In this document: one piece after another, positions 46,614-57,009 of the stretch
How the letters are laid out: the number at the start of each line of letters is the position of its first letter
How positions within the stretch are numbered: the stretch's first letter is position 1
Position numbers and translations under genes: made by a program
DNA from: Betaproteobacteria bacterium
GTDB taxonomy: Bacteria; Pseudomonadota; Gammaproteobacteria; Burkholderiales; SG8-39
Assembly: GCA_034668045.1 (NCBI GenBank)
Contig: JAXDQC010000071.1
Span: forward strand, 1-57,229
Length of the DNA: 57,229 nucleotides
Direction of reading: 5' to 3'
Notes under the pieces: model-generated
What the model was told of the DNA's origin: nothing
Databases searched by the model: none
The model's input: the letters and a program-made list of their open reading frames with translations, nothing else

Positions 46614-48307
46614 ATCGCCGGGAATTCCTCCATGCCTTGAGCGCGGCAGCCGCGTGCGGCGCGCCGCTGGGCGCCTCGCCGGCGCGGGCGCAGGGCGCGC
46701 TCTACGACCTGCCGGCGTTCGGCAACGTCAGCCTGCTGCACTTCACCGACACGCACGCGCAGCTCCTGCCGCAGTACTTCCGCGAGCCGAGCGCGAACAT
46801 CGGCGTCGGCGAGGCGATCGGCAAGCCGCCGCACATCGTCGGCAAGGCGTTCCTCGACGCGTACAAGCTCGACGAGCGCTCGGATCTCGCCTACGCCTTC
46901 GACTATCTCGATTTCACCGAGCTCGCGCACCGTTTCGGCAAGATGGGCGGCTTCGCGCACCTGGCGACGCTGGTGAAGCGCCTGCGCGCCTCGCGGCCGC
47001 ACGCGCTGCTGCTCGACGGCGGCGACAGCTGGCAGGGCTCGGCGACCGCGCTCTGGACGCAGGGGCGGGACATGATCGCCGCCAGCCACGAGCTCGGCGT
47101 CGACCTCATGACCGGGCACTGGGAGTTCACCTACGGCGACAAGCGGGTGCGGGAAGCCGTCGACAAGGATCTCGGAAAAATCGAGTTCCTGGCGCAGAAC
47201 GTCAAGACCGCCGACTTCGAGGAGCCGGTGTTCAAGCCGTTCGTGATGCGCGAGTCGAAGGGCGTGCCGTTCGCGGTCATCGGCCAGGCGTTCCCGTACG
47301 TGCCGATCGCGCACCCGCGCCGCTTCGTCGAGGGCTGGACCTTCGGCATCCAGGAACGCGATCTGCAGAAGACGGTCGACGCGGCGCGGGCGAAAGGCGC
47401 GCAGGCCGTAATCCTCCTCTCGCACAACGGCATGGACGTGGACCTCAAGCTGGCGAGCCGCGTGCGCGGCATCGACGCGATCCTCGGCGGCCACACGCAC
47501 GACGGCGTGCCCGCGCCGGTGCTGGTGGCGAACGCCGGCGGGCGGACGATCGTCACCAACGCCGGCTCGAACGGCAAGTTCCTCGGCGTGCTAGACCTCG
47601 ACGTGAAGGGCGGGCGTGTCGCCGAGTACCGGTATCGCCTTCTGCCTGTTTTTTCCAAGCTAATTCCTCCGGACGCTTCCATGGAAGCGCTGATTGAGAA
47701 AGTCCGCGCGCCGTACAGGGAGAAGCTCGAGGAAAGGCTGGCGGTCAGCGAAGGCCTTCTTTACAGGAGGGGGAATTTCAACGGCACCTTCGACCAGCTC
47801 TTCCTCGACGCCCTGATGCAGGTGAACAGCGCGCCGATCGCCTTCTCGCCGGGTTTCCGCTGGGGCACGACGCTCCTGCCCGGCGAGGCGATCACGCGCG
47901 AGCAGTTGATGGACCAATCGGCAATTACTTACCCGGCGGCGACGCTGTCGGAGATCTCCGGCGCGCAGATCAAGCGGATCCTGGAGGACGTCGCCGACAA
48001 TCTTTTCAATCCCGATCCGTACTATCAGCAGGGCGGCGACATGGTGCGGGTGGGCGGCCTTATGTACGCCATCGAACCTAGCGCCAGGATGGGCAGCCGC
48101 ATCTCCGACCTGCGCCTCGCCGGGCTACCGCTCGAAGCGGACAAGCTCTATCGCGTCGCCGGCTGGGCGCCTGTGGCGGAGGGAGCGACGGGCGAGCCGG
48201 TGTGGGATGTGGTCGAAAAGTGGCTGAAAGACCATAAAGTCGTCTCGCCGCGTCAGCCCAACCTGCCAAGGCTGATCGGCGTCGCCGGAAACCCGGGGTT
48301 TTCCTGA
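46610..48307 (+). CDS. soxB: Thiosulfohydrolase SoxB (Tat signal; probable CTG start)
   Basis: LHFTDTHAQL, LDGGDSWQGS, GHWEFT, LSHNGMDVD, GGHTHD, YRRGNFNG, LFNPDPYYQQGGDMVR; the in-frame NRREFLH Tat motif lies upstream of the ORF-track TTG (46637). Confidence 0.92.
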   Translation: MNRREFLHALSAAAACGAPLGASPARAQGALYDLPAFGNVSLLHFTDTHAQLLPQYFREPSANIGVGEAIGKPPHIVGKAFLDAYKLDERSDLAYAFDYLDFTELAHRFGKMGGFAHLATLVKRLRASRPHALLLDGGDSWQGSATALWTQGRDMIAASHELGVDLMTGHWEFTYGDKRVREAVDKDLGKIEFLAQNVKTADFEEPVFKPFVMRESKGVPFAVIGQAFPYVPIAHPRRFVEGWTFGIQERDLQKTVDAARAKGAQAVILLSHNGMDVDLKLASRVRGIDAILGGHTHDGVPAPVLVANAGGRTIVTNAGSNGKFLGVLDLDVKGGRVAEYRYRLLPVFSKLIPPDASMEALIEKVRAPYREKLEERLAVSEGLLYRRGNFNGTFDQLFLDALMQVNSAPIAFSPGFRWGTTLLPGEAITREQLMDQSAITYPAATLSEISGAQIKRILEDVADNLFNPDPYYQQGGDMVRVGGLMYAIEPSARMGSRISDLRLAGLPLEADKLYRVAGWAPVAEGATGEPVWDVVEKWLKDHKVVSPRQPNLPRLIGVAGNPGFS

Positions 48308-48355
48308 CAGCAGGCACGGCATGTGCATCGGAAAGGGCAACCAGGAGCCCGCCCT

Positions 48356-48676
48356 ATGCTAGTGCCCTTCACGGAAAAGGAAGTGATGAAAGTCCCGCAG
48401 GAGGCGGGGATATTCTCCCTCTTCCAGGAACGGGATCTCGTCTACATCGGCCGCACCGCGCCGCGCTCGAACCTGAGGGCCGATCTGCTGCACGCCCTCG
48501 CGGTGGCGATGGCCGACGACATGCTGGCCTCGCACTTCACGTACGAGCTCACCCCTACGCCGAAGACGCGCGCCTCCGAGGAGCTGCGCTCGTACTACGC
48601 GACCTGGGGCCGGCTGCCGGTCTACAACCAGCCTCACGGCCTGCCCCTGGGCGAGCGCGCCGAGCTGCGGCGCTAA
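48356..48676 (+). CDS. Small GIY-YIG-like protein
   Basis: AGGAG SD; P...GIFSLF....VYIG....LR..L, C-terminal GRLPVYN. Confidence 0.6.
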   Translation: MLVPFTEKEVMKVPQEAGIFSLFQERDLVYIGRTAPRSNLRADLLHALAVAMADDMLASHFTYELTPTPKTRASEELRSYYATWGRLPVYNQPHGLPLGERAELRR

Positions 48677-48686
48677 ACTCGCCTTC

Positions 48687-49988
48687 TTGAAGGACCAGTT
48701 CTTCGCCACGGCGGATCGGCTGGCGCGCGGCCTGCGCGCGGGCGAGACCCTGCTTTGCACCCTCTCCGCCGAGCGCTCCGACTTCGTCCGCTTCAACCAC
48801 GCGCGCGTGCGGCAGGCGGGAAGCGTCGCGCAGGCCTATCTCGACCTGCGGCTGATCCGCGACCGCCGCCAGGCGACCGCGACCGTGACGCTCGACGGCG
48901 AGGGGCAGGAGGATGCGTTGCGCGCCCTGCGCGATTCGCTCGAGGGCCTGCCCGAGGATCCCTGGCTGCTCGTCAACGAGGCGCCGCGCTCGAGCGAGAG
49001 CGTGCGGCGGGGCGCCTTGCTCCCGTCCCGGGAGATCGCGGACGTCGCGGTCGAAAAATCCGGCAACCTGGATTTCGTCGGCATCTACGCCGGCGGCACG
49101 CTGATGCGCGGCTTCGCCAACTCGCTCGGCCAGAAGAACTGGCACGAGCTCGACAGCTTCAACTTCGACTTCAGCGTGCACGGCGAGGGCGACCGGGCGG
49201 TGAAGTCGGGCTATGCCGGCTTCGAGTGGGACGGAAAAGTCTTTGCGCAGAAGATCCTTTCCGCCGGCGAAGAGATGAAGGTGCTTGCAAAAGCGAAGAA
49301 GCAGATCGTTCCCGGCGAATACCGCGCCTACCTGGCGCCGCGGGCGATGAGCGAGATCACCTCGCTCCTCAACTGGGGTGCCTTCTCGGCGCGGGAGCAG
49401 AAGACCCGCCAGAGCCCGCTGCTGCGCATGCAGGCGGGCGAGCGCCTCTCGCCGAAGCTGACCCTGCGCGAGAACACCGCCGAGGGAATGGCGCCCGGCT
49501 TCCAGGGCCACGGCTTCCTCAAGCCCGACCAGGTCGTGCTGATCGAGAAGGGCGCGTTGAAGGACCCGCTGGTGTCGCCGCGCTCGGCGAAGGAATACGG
49601 GCTGCAGACCAACGGCGCGGGCGGGCCGGAGATGGCCTCGTCGCTCGACATGCAGGCAGGGTCCCTGGAAGAAAAGGACGTCCTGAAAGCGCTCGATACG
49701 GGCCTGTACGTCTCCAACCTCTGGTACCTGAACTTCTCCGACCGGCCCGCCGGCCGCATCACCGGCATGACGCGCTTCGCCACTTTCTGGGTCGAGGATG
49801 GGCGTATCGCCGCGCCGGCGGGCGTGATGCGCTTCGACGATTCGATCTACCGCATGCTCGGCGAGAACCTCGTCGAGCTGACGCGGGGGCGCGAGCTCCT
49901 GCCCGACCCCGCCACCTACGGCGAGCGCTCGCGCGGCAGCGAGCGCCTGCCCGGCGCGCTGCTGAAGGCGCTGCGCTTCACTCTCTGA
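48687..49988 (+). CDS. tldE: TldE/PmbA family protein
   Basis: SDFVRFNHARVRQAG, PGEYRAYLAP, NLWYLN, TGMTRFATFWVEDG, MRFDDS; no HExxxH. Confidence 0.85.
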   Translation: MKDQFFATADRLARGLRAGETLLCTLSAERSDFVRFNHARVRQAGSVAQAYLDLRLIRDRRQATATVTLDGEGQEDALRALRDSLEGLPEDPWLLVNEAPRSSESVRRGALLPSREIADVAVEKSGNLDFVGIYAGGTLMRGFANSLGQKNWHELDSFNFDFSVHGEGDRAVKSGYAGFEWDGKVFAQKILSAGEEMKVLAKAKKQIVPGEYRAYLAPRAMSEITSLLNWGAFSAREQKTRQSPLLRMQAGERLSPKLTLRENTAEGMAPGFQGHGFLKPDQVVLIEKGALKDPLVSPRSAKEYGLQTNGAGGPEMASSLDMQAGSLEEKDVLKALDTGLYVSNLWYLNFSDRPAGRITGMTRFATFWVEDGRIAAPAGVMRFDDSIYRMLGENLVELTRGRELLPDPATYGERSRGSERLPGALLKALRFTL

Positions 49989-49999
49989 GGAGGACGACC

Positions 50000-50350
50000 A
50001 TGGCGACCTACAAAGGCAGCTGCCACTGCGGCAAGACGAAGTTCGAAGTCGAAGGCGAGCTGAAGCAGGTGATGGCCTGCAACTGCTCGATCTGCTCGCG
50101 CAAGGGCTCGCTGCTCTGGTTCGTGCCCTGGAGCAAGTTCACGCTGCAGACGCCTGACACGAACCTGAAGACTTACGAATTCAACAAGCACGTCATCAAG
50201 CACAAGTTCTGCACGAACTGCGGCATCCACTCGTTCGCCGAAGGAATCGACAAGTCGGGCAACAAGATGGCGGCGATCAATGCACGCAGCTTGGAAGGTA
50301 TCGACCTCAAGTTGCTGGAAGTGAAGGAATTCGACGGCAAGGCGTTGTAG
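50000..50350 (+). CDS. GFA/CENP-V family Zn protein
   Basis: GSCHCG, CNCSICSRKG, FCTNCG. Confidence 0.92.
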   Translation: MATYKGSCHCGKTKFEVEGELKQVMACNCSICSRKGSLLWFVPWSKFTLQTPDTNLKTYEFNKHVIKHKFCTNCGIHSFAEGIDKSGNKMAAINARSLEGIDLKLLEVKEFDGKAL

Positions 50351-50433
50351 ATGCCGGGCCTCGCCTGTCGCGGGGCGTCGACGCCAAAGGCCTGACCCTG
50401 GCGACAGACAGCGGCGCCTCGCTTTTGCACAAT

Positions 50434-50519
50434 GACTGCTCCCCCTGAGTCGTTCTTCTCCTCCTCCCTGAGAACGGCTCTTTACTTAAACGGCCACCTT
50501 CGGGTGGCCGCTTTTTTTT
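50434..50519 (+). ncRNA. Candidate sRNA with anti-Shine-Dalgarno CU-rich loop
   Basis: Stem GAGTCGTTCT (50447-56) / AGAACGGCTC (50471-80) closes the loop TCTCCTCCTCCCTG; 5' CTCCCCC; own terminator; -10-like CACAAT at 50428-33. The 5' end is approximate. Confidence 0.65.
50491..50519 (+). terminator. Rho-independent terminator
   Basis: CGGCCACC-TTCG-GGTGGCCG followed by C and T8; the preceding AAA gives a weak reverse U-tract for the convergent receiver gene. Confidence 0.9.
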
Positions 50520-50890
50520 CAGTGGCTCTTGCCGATGGGCGCGATGAGCGCCATCAGAACCTTGGGGTCGCACGGCTTGACGAGGTAGTAGTCGAAGCCG
50601 TTCATCTGCGCGATGGCCCTCGCGGGGCCGGCGGGTCGTTCTGCGGTGAGGGCGATCAGCATTGGACGTTTGCCGGGAATGGCTTCGCGTATTTCCCTGG
50701 CGGCGTCCAGGCCGCTCTTGCCCGGCATGGCGAGGTCCAGGATGACCGCGTCGGGCTCGAACTCACGCACGCAGGCAACGATCTTCTCCGCATCCGAGTG
50801 GCCTTCAGTGACGTGCCCCTCAAGTCGCAGGAGCGCCATCAGCGTCGCCACTTGATCTTGGTTGTCGTCAACCACCAGAACCCGCGCCAT
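50519..50890 (-). CDS. Single-domain response regulator (receiver)
   Basis: VLVVDD, ILDLAMP, IALTA, GFDYYLVKP. Confidence 0.9.
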   Translation of the reverse strand: MARVLVVDDNQDQVATLMALLRLEGHVTEGHSDAEKIVACVREFEPDAVILDLAMPGKSGLDAAREIREAIPGKRPMLIALTAERPAGPARAIAQMNGFDYYLVKPCDPKVLMALIAPIGKSH

Positions 50891-50934
50891 CGCCCGAATC
50901 TATCAAAGGGCGCTTTGCAGGTCAGCCGCGAGGG

Positions 50935-51099
50935 CTAGCGGCTCAGCTTGGCGAGGATTTCGGTCTGCTGGCGGAGCGCTTGTTGAACCTTCGCCGCTTC
51001 CTGCTGGGCGCGGACGAGGTACATGGCCATTTCCTTGACCGGCAGCGCCGAGAACTCGGCGTGCGTCAGGAACCTGAACCCGTGGTGTTCTTCCCCCAT
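50935..51099 (-). CDS. Small hypothetical protein (54 aa)
   Basis: [34 protein letters not shown]; host-like codon usage and helical tail. Confidence 0.5.
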   Translation of the reverse strand: MGEEHHGFRFLTHAEFSALPVKEMAMYLVRAQQEAAKVQQALRQQTEILAKLSR

Positions 51100-51172
51100 G
51101 GACGCGGAGCCTACGGCACGCAGCGTCGCGCCGACAGCCGGGGGAATCCCTACGGTCTTGTATAGTCGCCGC

Positions 51173-52517
<1,345 letters not shown>

Positions 52518-52531
<14 letters not shown>

Positions 52532-52823
52532 GCTTCGCAAGGTCGCCGCGATCGTCCTGGTGATCGGCCTGACGTGCGCCGGCACCATCTACTTCACCGC
52601 GGCCGAGCAAGAAGAGAACGCGACGATCTACGAGATGGGCGTTTCCAAGCAGTACGTGCGCGAGCTGCGGCGCTTCGGCGGCAAGGCCTCGGTGCTGTTC
52701 GACGAGTTCCAGACCTGGTTCGCCGCCCGCTGGCACGGCAAGGCGCTGGGCGTGACGCTGGCGTGGATCACGGTCGCCGTGTCCGGCGCGGTCTACCTGG
52801 CCGGCCGGCCTAACCGGCGCTAA
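52518..52823 (+). CDS. Hypothetical two-TM membrane protein
   Basis: TM - [23 protein letters not shown] - TM. Confidence 0.7.
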
Positions 52824-53298
52824 GCGCGACCAGCCAGCCGGCCGCATAGAGGCCGAAGCCGAAAACCGTGTGCGTGACGAGGCTCTGCAAACGAGCGGCG
52901 CCAGGACGCGGAGCGCGGCTGGCGGCGATGCCCGCCCCCATGCCGGGCTGCATCAGGAGAAACGGCGCTGCCACGCTGCCGATGCCGACCAGCAGCGCGG
53001 GCGCGAGCGTCGGGTAGCGTGCCCAGTCGAGACCCCGGATCGCGAGCAGCAGCGCCGCGAAGGTAATGCCCGTCAGGTAGTGCGCGGTCCAGCCGATCAG
53101 GAGCTCGCCGCGCACGGCGGGAGAGGCGGCGATTCGCTCGTGGCGAAATTGCCCGCGCGCCATGCCGGCGAGCCAGCGGCCCACCAGGCCGTAGCTCTGC
53201 GCGGGGACACCGAGCACCCGTGTGCGAACGAGCATCCACGCGTCCATCACTGCCGTCGCCCCCGTCCCGATCAGAATCGTGCAGATCGCCGCATCCAT
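52810..53298 (-). CDS. DUF2938 family membrane protein
   Basis: IGTGATAVMDAW, GLVGRW, GWTAHYLTG, APFLLMQPGMGAGIAAS, HTVFGFGLY; GGAGG SD. Confidence 0.85.
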   Translation of the reverse strand: MDAAICTILIGTGATAVMDAWMLVRTRVLGVPAQSYGLVGRWLAGMARGQFRHERIAASPAVRGELLIGWTAHYLTGITFAALLLAIRGLDWARYPTLAPALLVGIGSVAAPFLLMQPGMGAGIAASRAPRPGAARLQSLVTHTVFGFGLYAAGWLVALSAG

Positions 53299-53325
53299 GA
53301 CTTGCCTCCGTAGCGAGAGAGAGGC

Positions 53326-53356
53326 AGAGTGGCACTTCAAGTCAACTTGAAGTCAA
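53326..53356 (-). promoter_or_regulatory. MerR/SoxR-type promoter-operator
   Basis: Palindrome ACTTCAAGT-CA-ACTTGAAGT (53334-53353) between -35 TTGACT and -10-like CACTCT with a 19-bp spacer on the minus strand. Confidence 0.8.
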
Positions 53357-53368
53357 GGGGCAGGCATC

Positions 53369-53788
53369 CTGGACATCGGCGAGGTCGCGAAGCAGGCGGG
53401 CGTTCCAGCGTCGACGCTGCGCTTCTACGAGGAGCAGGGACTGATCAGGTCGACCGGCCGGCTGGGCTTGCGCCGCCGGTTCGATCCGGCAGTGCTGGAG
53501 CGGCTGGCGCTCATCGCCCTGGGCCGCGCTGCGGGATTCTCGCTCGAGGAAATCGGCGGCATGTTCGCCCCCGATGGGCGTCCGCGCATCGACCGGGCAG
53601 TTCTGGCGGCCAAGGCCGCCGAGCTCGACTCGACCATCCACAAGCTGAGCGCCATGCGCGACAGCCTGCGGCACGCCGCGAACTGTCCCGCGCCAAGCCA
53701 CATGGAATGCCCGACCTTCCGCCGCCTCCTGAAAGCGGCAGCGTCGGGCGCGATCAAACGGCCAAAACGACAACCTACTCGGCGGTAA
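53369..53788 (+). CDS. MerR family transcriptional regulator (probable CTG start)
   Basis: LDIGEVAKQAGVPASTLRFYEEQGLI is in frame upstream of ORF-track start 53468; AGFSLEEI; CPAPSHMECP. Confidence 0.85.
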   Translation: MDIGEVAKQAGVPASTLRFYEEQGLIRSTGRLGLRRRFDPAVLERLALIALGRAAGFSLEEIGGMFAPDGRPRIDRAVLAAKAAELDSTIHKLSAMRDSLRHAANCPAPSHMECPTFRRLLKAAASGAIKRPKRQPTRR

Positions 53789-54734
53789 TGCCGCGCGCCT
53801 TGATGAGCTTCGCGTAGCGCTGCACCTCGTTGGCGAGGAACTTGCGCGATTCCTCGGGCGAGGTGATGAAGGGCTCGAAGCCCTGCTGCGCGAACTTGTC
53901 CGCCACTTCCTTCGAGCCGAGCGCGGCGTTAAGGGCAGTGTTCAGGCGCGTGACGATCGCGGGCGGCGTGCCGGCGGGCGCGAGGATGGCGAGCCACTGC
54001 GTGAACTGGAAGCCCTTCACCCCGGCTTCCTGCATCGTCGGCACTTCGGGCAGCAGCGTCGAGCGGGTCGTGCTGGTGACCGCCAGCGCCTTGAGGTTGC
54101 CCGACTTCACGTGCGGCAGCACCGCGGAGAGCGTCGGGAAGCTCATGTCGACCACGCCGGAGAGCGTGTCGACCAGCGCCGGGCCGCCGCCCTTGTAGGG
54201 AATGTGGATGATGTTGGTGCCGGTCTCGTCCTTGAACATCTCGGCGCAGAAGTGGAAGGTGGTACCGATGCCCGCCGAGGCGTAGTTCATCTTGCCGGGG
54301 TTGGCGCGCGCGAGCTTGAGCAGGTCGGCGACGCTGTTCGCCTGCACGCGCTTGGGAACGACGAGCACGTGCGGCGCGGTGGCGACCATGCCGATATGGA
54401 CGAAATCCCTGATCGGGTCCCAGGTGAGGTTCTGGAACAGGCTCTGGTTGGTGACCAGCGGAATGGTGTTGAGGACGATGGTGTAGCCGTCGGGCGCGGC
54501 GCGCATCGCCGCTTCCATGCCGAGGTTGCCCGAGGCGCCGCCGCGGTTCTCGACCACGACGCGGCCGCCGCCGAGCTGCGCGCCGAGCGGATCGGCGATG
54601 AGGCGCGACATGATGTCGACGCTGCCGCCGGGCGGGAAGGGCGAGATCATGCGGATCGGCTGCGAGGGGTAGCTCTGCGCGACGGCTTCCAACGCACAGA
54701 AGAGAAGGGGAAAGAGAATTCGTTTCATCGTCAC
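53775..54734 (-). CDS. Bug/TTT substrate-binding protein
   Basis: YPSQPIRMISPFPPGG, HIPYKGGG, LPEVPT; start is 54734 or 54728. Confidence 0.93.
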   Translation of the reverse strand: MTMKRILFPLLFCALEAVAQSYPSQPIRMISPFPPGGSVDIMSRLIADPLGAQLGGGRVVVENRGGASGNLGMEAAMRAAPDGYTIVLNTIPLVTNQSLFQNLTWDPIRDFVHIGMVATAPHVLVVPKRVQANSVADLLKLARANPGKMNYASAGIGTTFHFCAEMFKDETGTNIIHIPYKGGGPALVDTLSGVVDMSFPTLSAVLPHVKSGNLKALAVTSTTRSTLLPEVPTMQEAGVKGFQFTQWLAILAPAGTPPAIVTRLNTALNAALGSKEVADKFAQQGFEPFITSPEESRKFLANEVQRYAKLIKARGITAE

Positions 54735-55687
54735 TGCTCCAGTTTGATGCCTGCCTTGGTGATGATGTCGCGCCAGCGCGTCATTTCGGCGGAAACGTAG
54801 CGCCCGAGCTCCTCGGGCGTGGAAGTGAGCGGCTCGGCGCCGAAATCGGTGAAGCGCGAGCGGACCGCCGGATCGGCGATGGCGGCTGCCACTTCCTTGT
54901 TCAGGCGCTCGACCGCCGGGCGCGGAAAGCCGCGCGGGCCGAAGAAGCCGAACCAGGCGGAGGACTCCCAGCCCTTCAGCCCCGCCTCGGCGGCGGTCGG
55001 CACGTCGGGCAGCACGGCGAGGCGCTGCCTGCTCGCCACCGCGAGCGGCCGCACCTGGCCGCTCTTGATGGCGCCGATCACGTTGGGCACGAGCTGGAAG
55101 CTGGTCGGCACCTGGCCAGCGATGAGATCGGTCTGCAGCTGCGAGGTGATGCGATAGGGCACGTGCTGCATCTTCGCGCCGACCAGCTGCTCGAACAGCG
55201 CGCCGGCGAGGTGCTGCGAGCTGCCGTTGCCGACCGAGCTGTAGGGCACGTTGTCGTTCTTCTTCACATAGGCGATCAGCTCGGCGAGCGTGTTCACCGG
55301 CAGCTTGGCGGTCACCACGGCGACGTTCGGCAGGTTGGCGTAGATCGAGATCGGCTGGAAATCCTTCTCCGGGTCGAAGTCGACCGCCGGGTTGAGGACC
55401 TTGTTGACCACCATCGGCCCCGAGGCGCCCATGATGATGGTGTAGCCGTCGGGCGCCATCTTCGCACCGGCGGTCGTGCCCGCGACGCCGCCCGCGGCGG
55501 GGCGATTGTCGACGATGAAGCGGCTCCCCATCGAGGTCCCCATGCGCTCGAGCACGATGCGGGCGATGACGTCGCTCGCGCTGCCGGCGGAGAAGGGGAC
55601 GATGGCGGTGATGGGCTTGTTTGGATAGTCCTGGCCATTCACCAGTGAAGAGATAACCGTGAAGGCAAATGCAAGTAATACCTTCAT
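54731..55687 (-). CDS. Bug/TTT substrate-binding protein
   Basis: YPNKPITAIVPFSAG, VDNRPAAGG, HVPYR, LPDVPT. Confidence 0.92.
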   Translation of the reverse strand: MKVLLAFAFTVISSLVNGQDYPNKPITAIVPFSAGSASDVIARIVLERMGTSMGSRFIVDNRPAAGGVAGTTAGAKMAPDGYTIIMGASGPMVVNKVLNPAVDFDPEKDFQPISIYANLPNVAVVTAKLPVNTLAELIAYVKKNDNVPYSSVGNGSSQHLAGALFEQLVGAKMQHVPYRITSQLQTDLIAGQVPTSFQLVPNVIGAIKSGQVRPLAVASRQRLAVLPDVPTAAEAGLKGWESSAWFGFFGPRGFPRPAVERLNKEVAAAIADPAVRSRFTDFGAEPLTSTPEELGRYVSAEMTRWRDIITKAGIKLEQ

Positions 55688-56967
55688 GAGACCTTTCCCG
55701 AAGCGCTGCCGAAGCGTTTTTTCATGACTTCCTCGAAGGACAAGCCCGAATGCAGCACGGCGCCGCCGGAGCGCAGGCGATAGCTCGCCGGCTTTTTTGC
55801 CGCTTCCGGTGGCGTTTTGTTTTTCGCCTCCGCCAGCATCAGGCGGCGGAAGTGCACGACCCCTACGTCGGTGGGCGTCAGGTGCTCGCGCGTGCGGTCG
55901 GCGATCACGCCCTGGCTCTCCTGCGCCATCGCGTCCTGCTCGGCGATGCCGCGCACGCCGGTGAAGGAGCGGTGCTTCTGCTCCTCGCGGTCGATCAGCC
56001 AGTCGTTGGAGCGGTTTCGCAGCGGCAGGTAGCCCGGCCCGAGCTCGGCGAACTGGCCGTAGCCGCCTTTGTCGAACCTGGCGCGCTCCTCGGCCGAGAT
56101 CGCCCGGTCGGGATGCCAGCCGTAGATATAGATCCAGCACGACTCGTCGTCGATCGGCACCCAGGTGTAGCCGTAGTAGACCTCGCCCGGCATCGCCGAG
56201 GGCGTGATCGAGTGCGTCGGCAGCATGAATTGCGTGATGCGCCAGTAGAGCTCCTCGCCGTCGGCCTTGCGCGCCCCGCCGACGACGAAGCCGACGTCGT
56301 GGTCGAGCACGGTGAACTGCGGCATCGGGTCTTCCCGGAGCCAGCGCATCCGGTTCTCGTCGGCCGCTACCGTAGTATTTTTATTTGAGGAAAATTTAGG
56401 CGCGGGCATGTGGAGGAAGGAAAAATGCGCCGTGTCGAGCGCGCCCTCCATCGAATGCGCCCAGTTGCACTGCTGCAGGCGCTTGGTGACGTAGCGATGC
56501 GAGGCGGGAAGGAGGCCGTGCTCGAGCTGCGGCACCTCCGGCATCGACTCCTGCGGCCCGAAGTAGGCCCAGACCAGCTCGCCGAACTCGCGCGTCGGGT
56601 AGGCCTTGATGGAAATCTTGCCGTGCATCGCCGCGCCGGGGGCGACGTTCGGCATCTCGACGCACTTGCCGTCGGCGTCGTACTTCCAGCCGTGGTAGAT
56701 GCAGCGGATGCCGCATTCCTCGTTGCGGCCGAAGAAGAGGTCCGCGCCGCGGTGCGCGCACTTGGGCTCGATCAGGCCGACCCGGCCGTTCGAATCGCGA
56801 AACGCCACCAGCTCCTCGCCCATCACCTTGACCCGGATCGGCGGGCTGTCGGGCTGCGGCATCTCGCGCGAGAGCGCGACCGGCAGCCAGTAGCGCCGGA
56901 AGTACTCGCCCATGGCGGTACCCGGACCGGTGCGCACCAGCAGTTCGCTGTCGGCGGCGGAGAGCAT
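55684..56967 (-). CDS. Rieske non-heme iron oxygenase alpha subunit (phthalate 4,5-dioxygenase/LigX-like)
   Basis: GPGTAMGEYFRRYW, CAH...CIYHGW, EGALDTAHFSFLH, QDAMAQESQG. Confidence 0.9.
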   Translation of the reverse strand: MLSAADSELLVRTGPGTAMGEYFRRYWLPVALSREMPQPDSPPIRVKVMGEELVAFRDSNGRVGLIEPKCAHRGADLFFGRNEECGIRCIYHGWKYDADGKCVEMPNVAPGAAMHGKISIKAYPTREFGELVWAYFGPQESMPEVPQLEHGLLPASHRYVTKRLQQCNWAHSMEGALDTAHFSFLHMPAPKFSSNKNTTVAADENRMRWLREDPMPQFTVLDHDVGFVVGGARKADGEELYWRITQFMLPTHSITPSAMPGEVYYGYTWVPIDDESCWIYIYGWHPDRAISAEERARFDKGGYGQFAELGPGYLPLRNRSNDWLIDREEQKHRSFTGVRGIAEQDAMAQESQGVIADRTREHLTPTDVGVVHFRRLMLAEAKNKTPPEAAKKPASYRLRSGGAVLHSGLSFEEVMKKRFGSASGKVS

Positions 56968-57009
56968 TGCGGGGGCACCTATAATCGGCCATAGGAGGAG
57001 GAACCGCAA

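Noticed and set aside
50411-50430. Sigma-54 promoter for the sRNA
   Set aside because: GG and GC are separated by 12 nt rather than the required 10.
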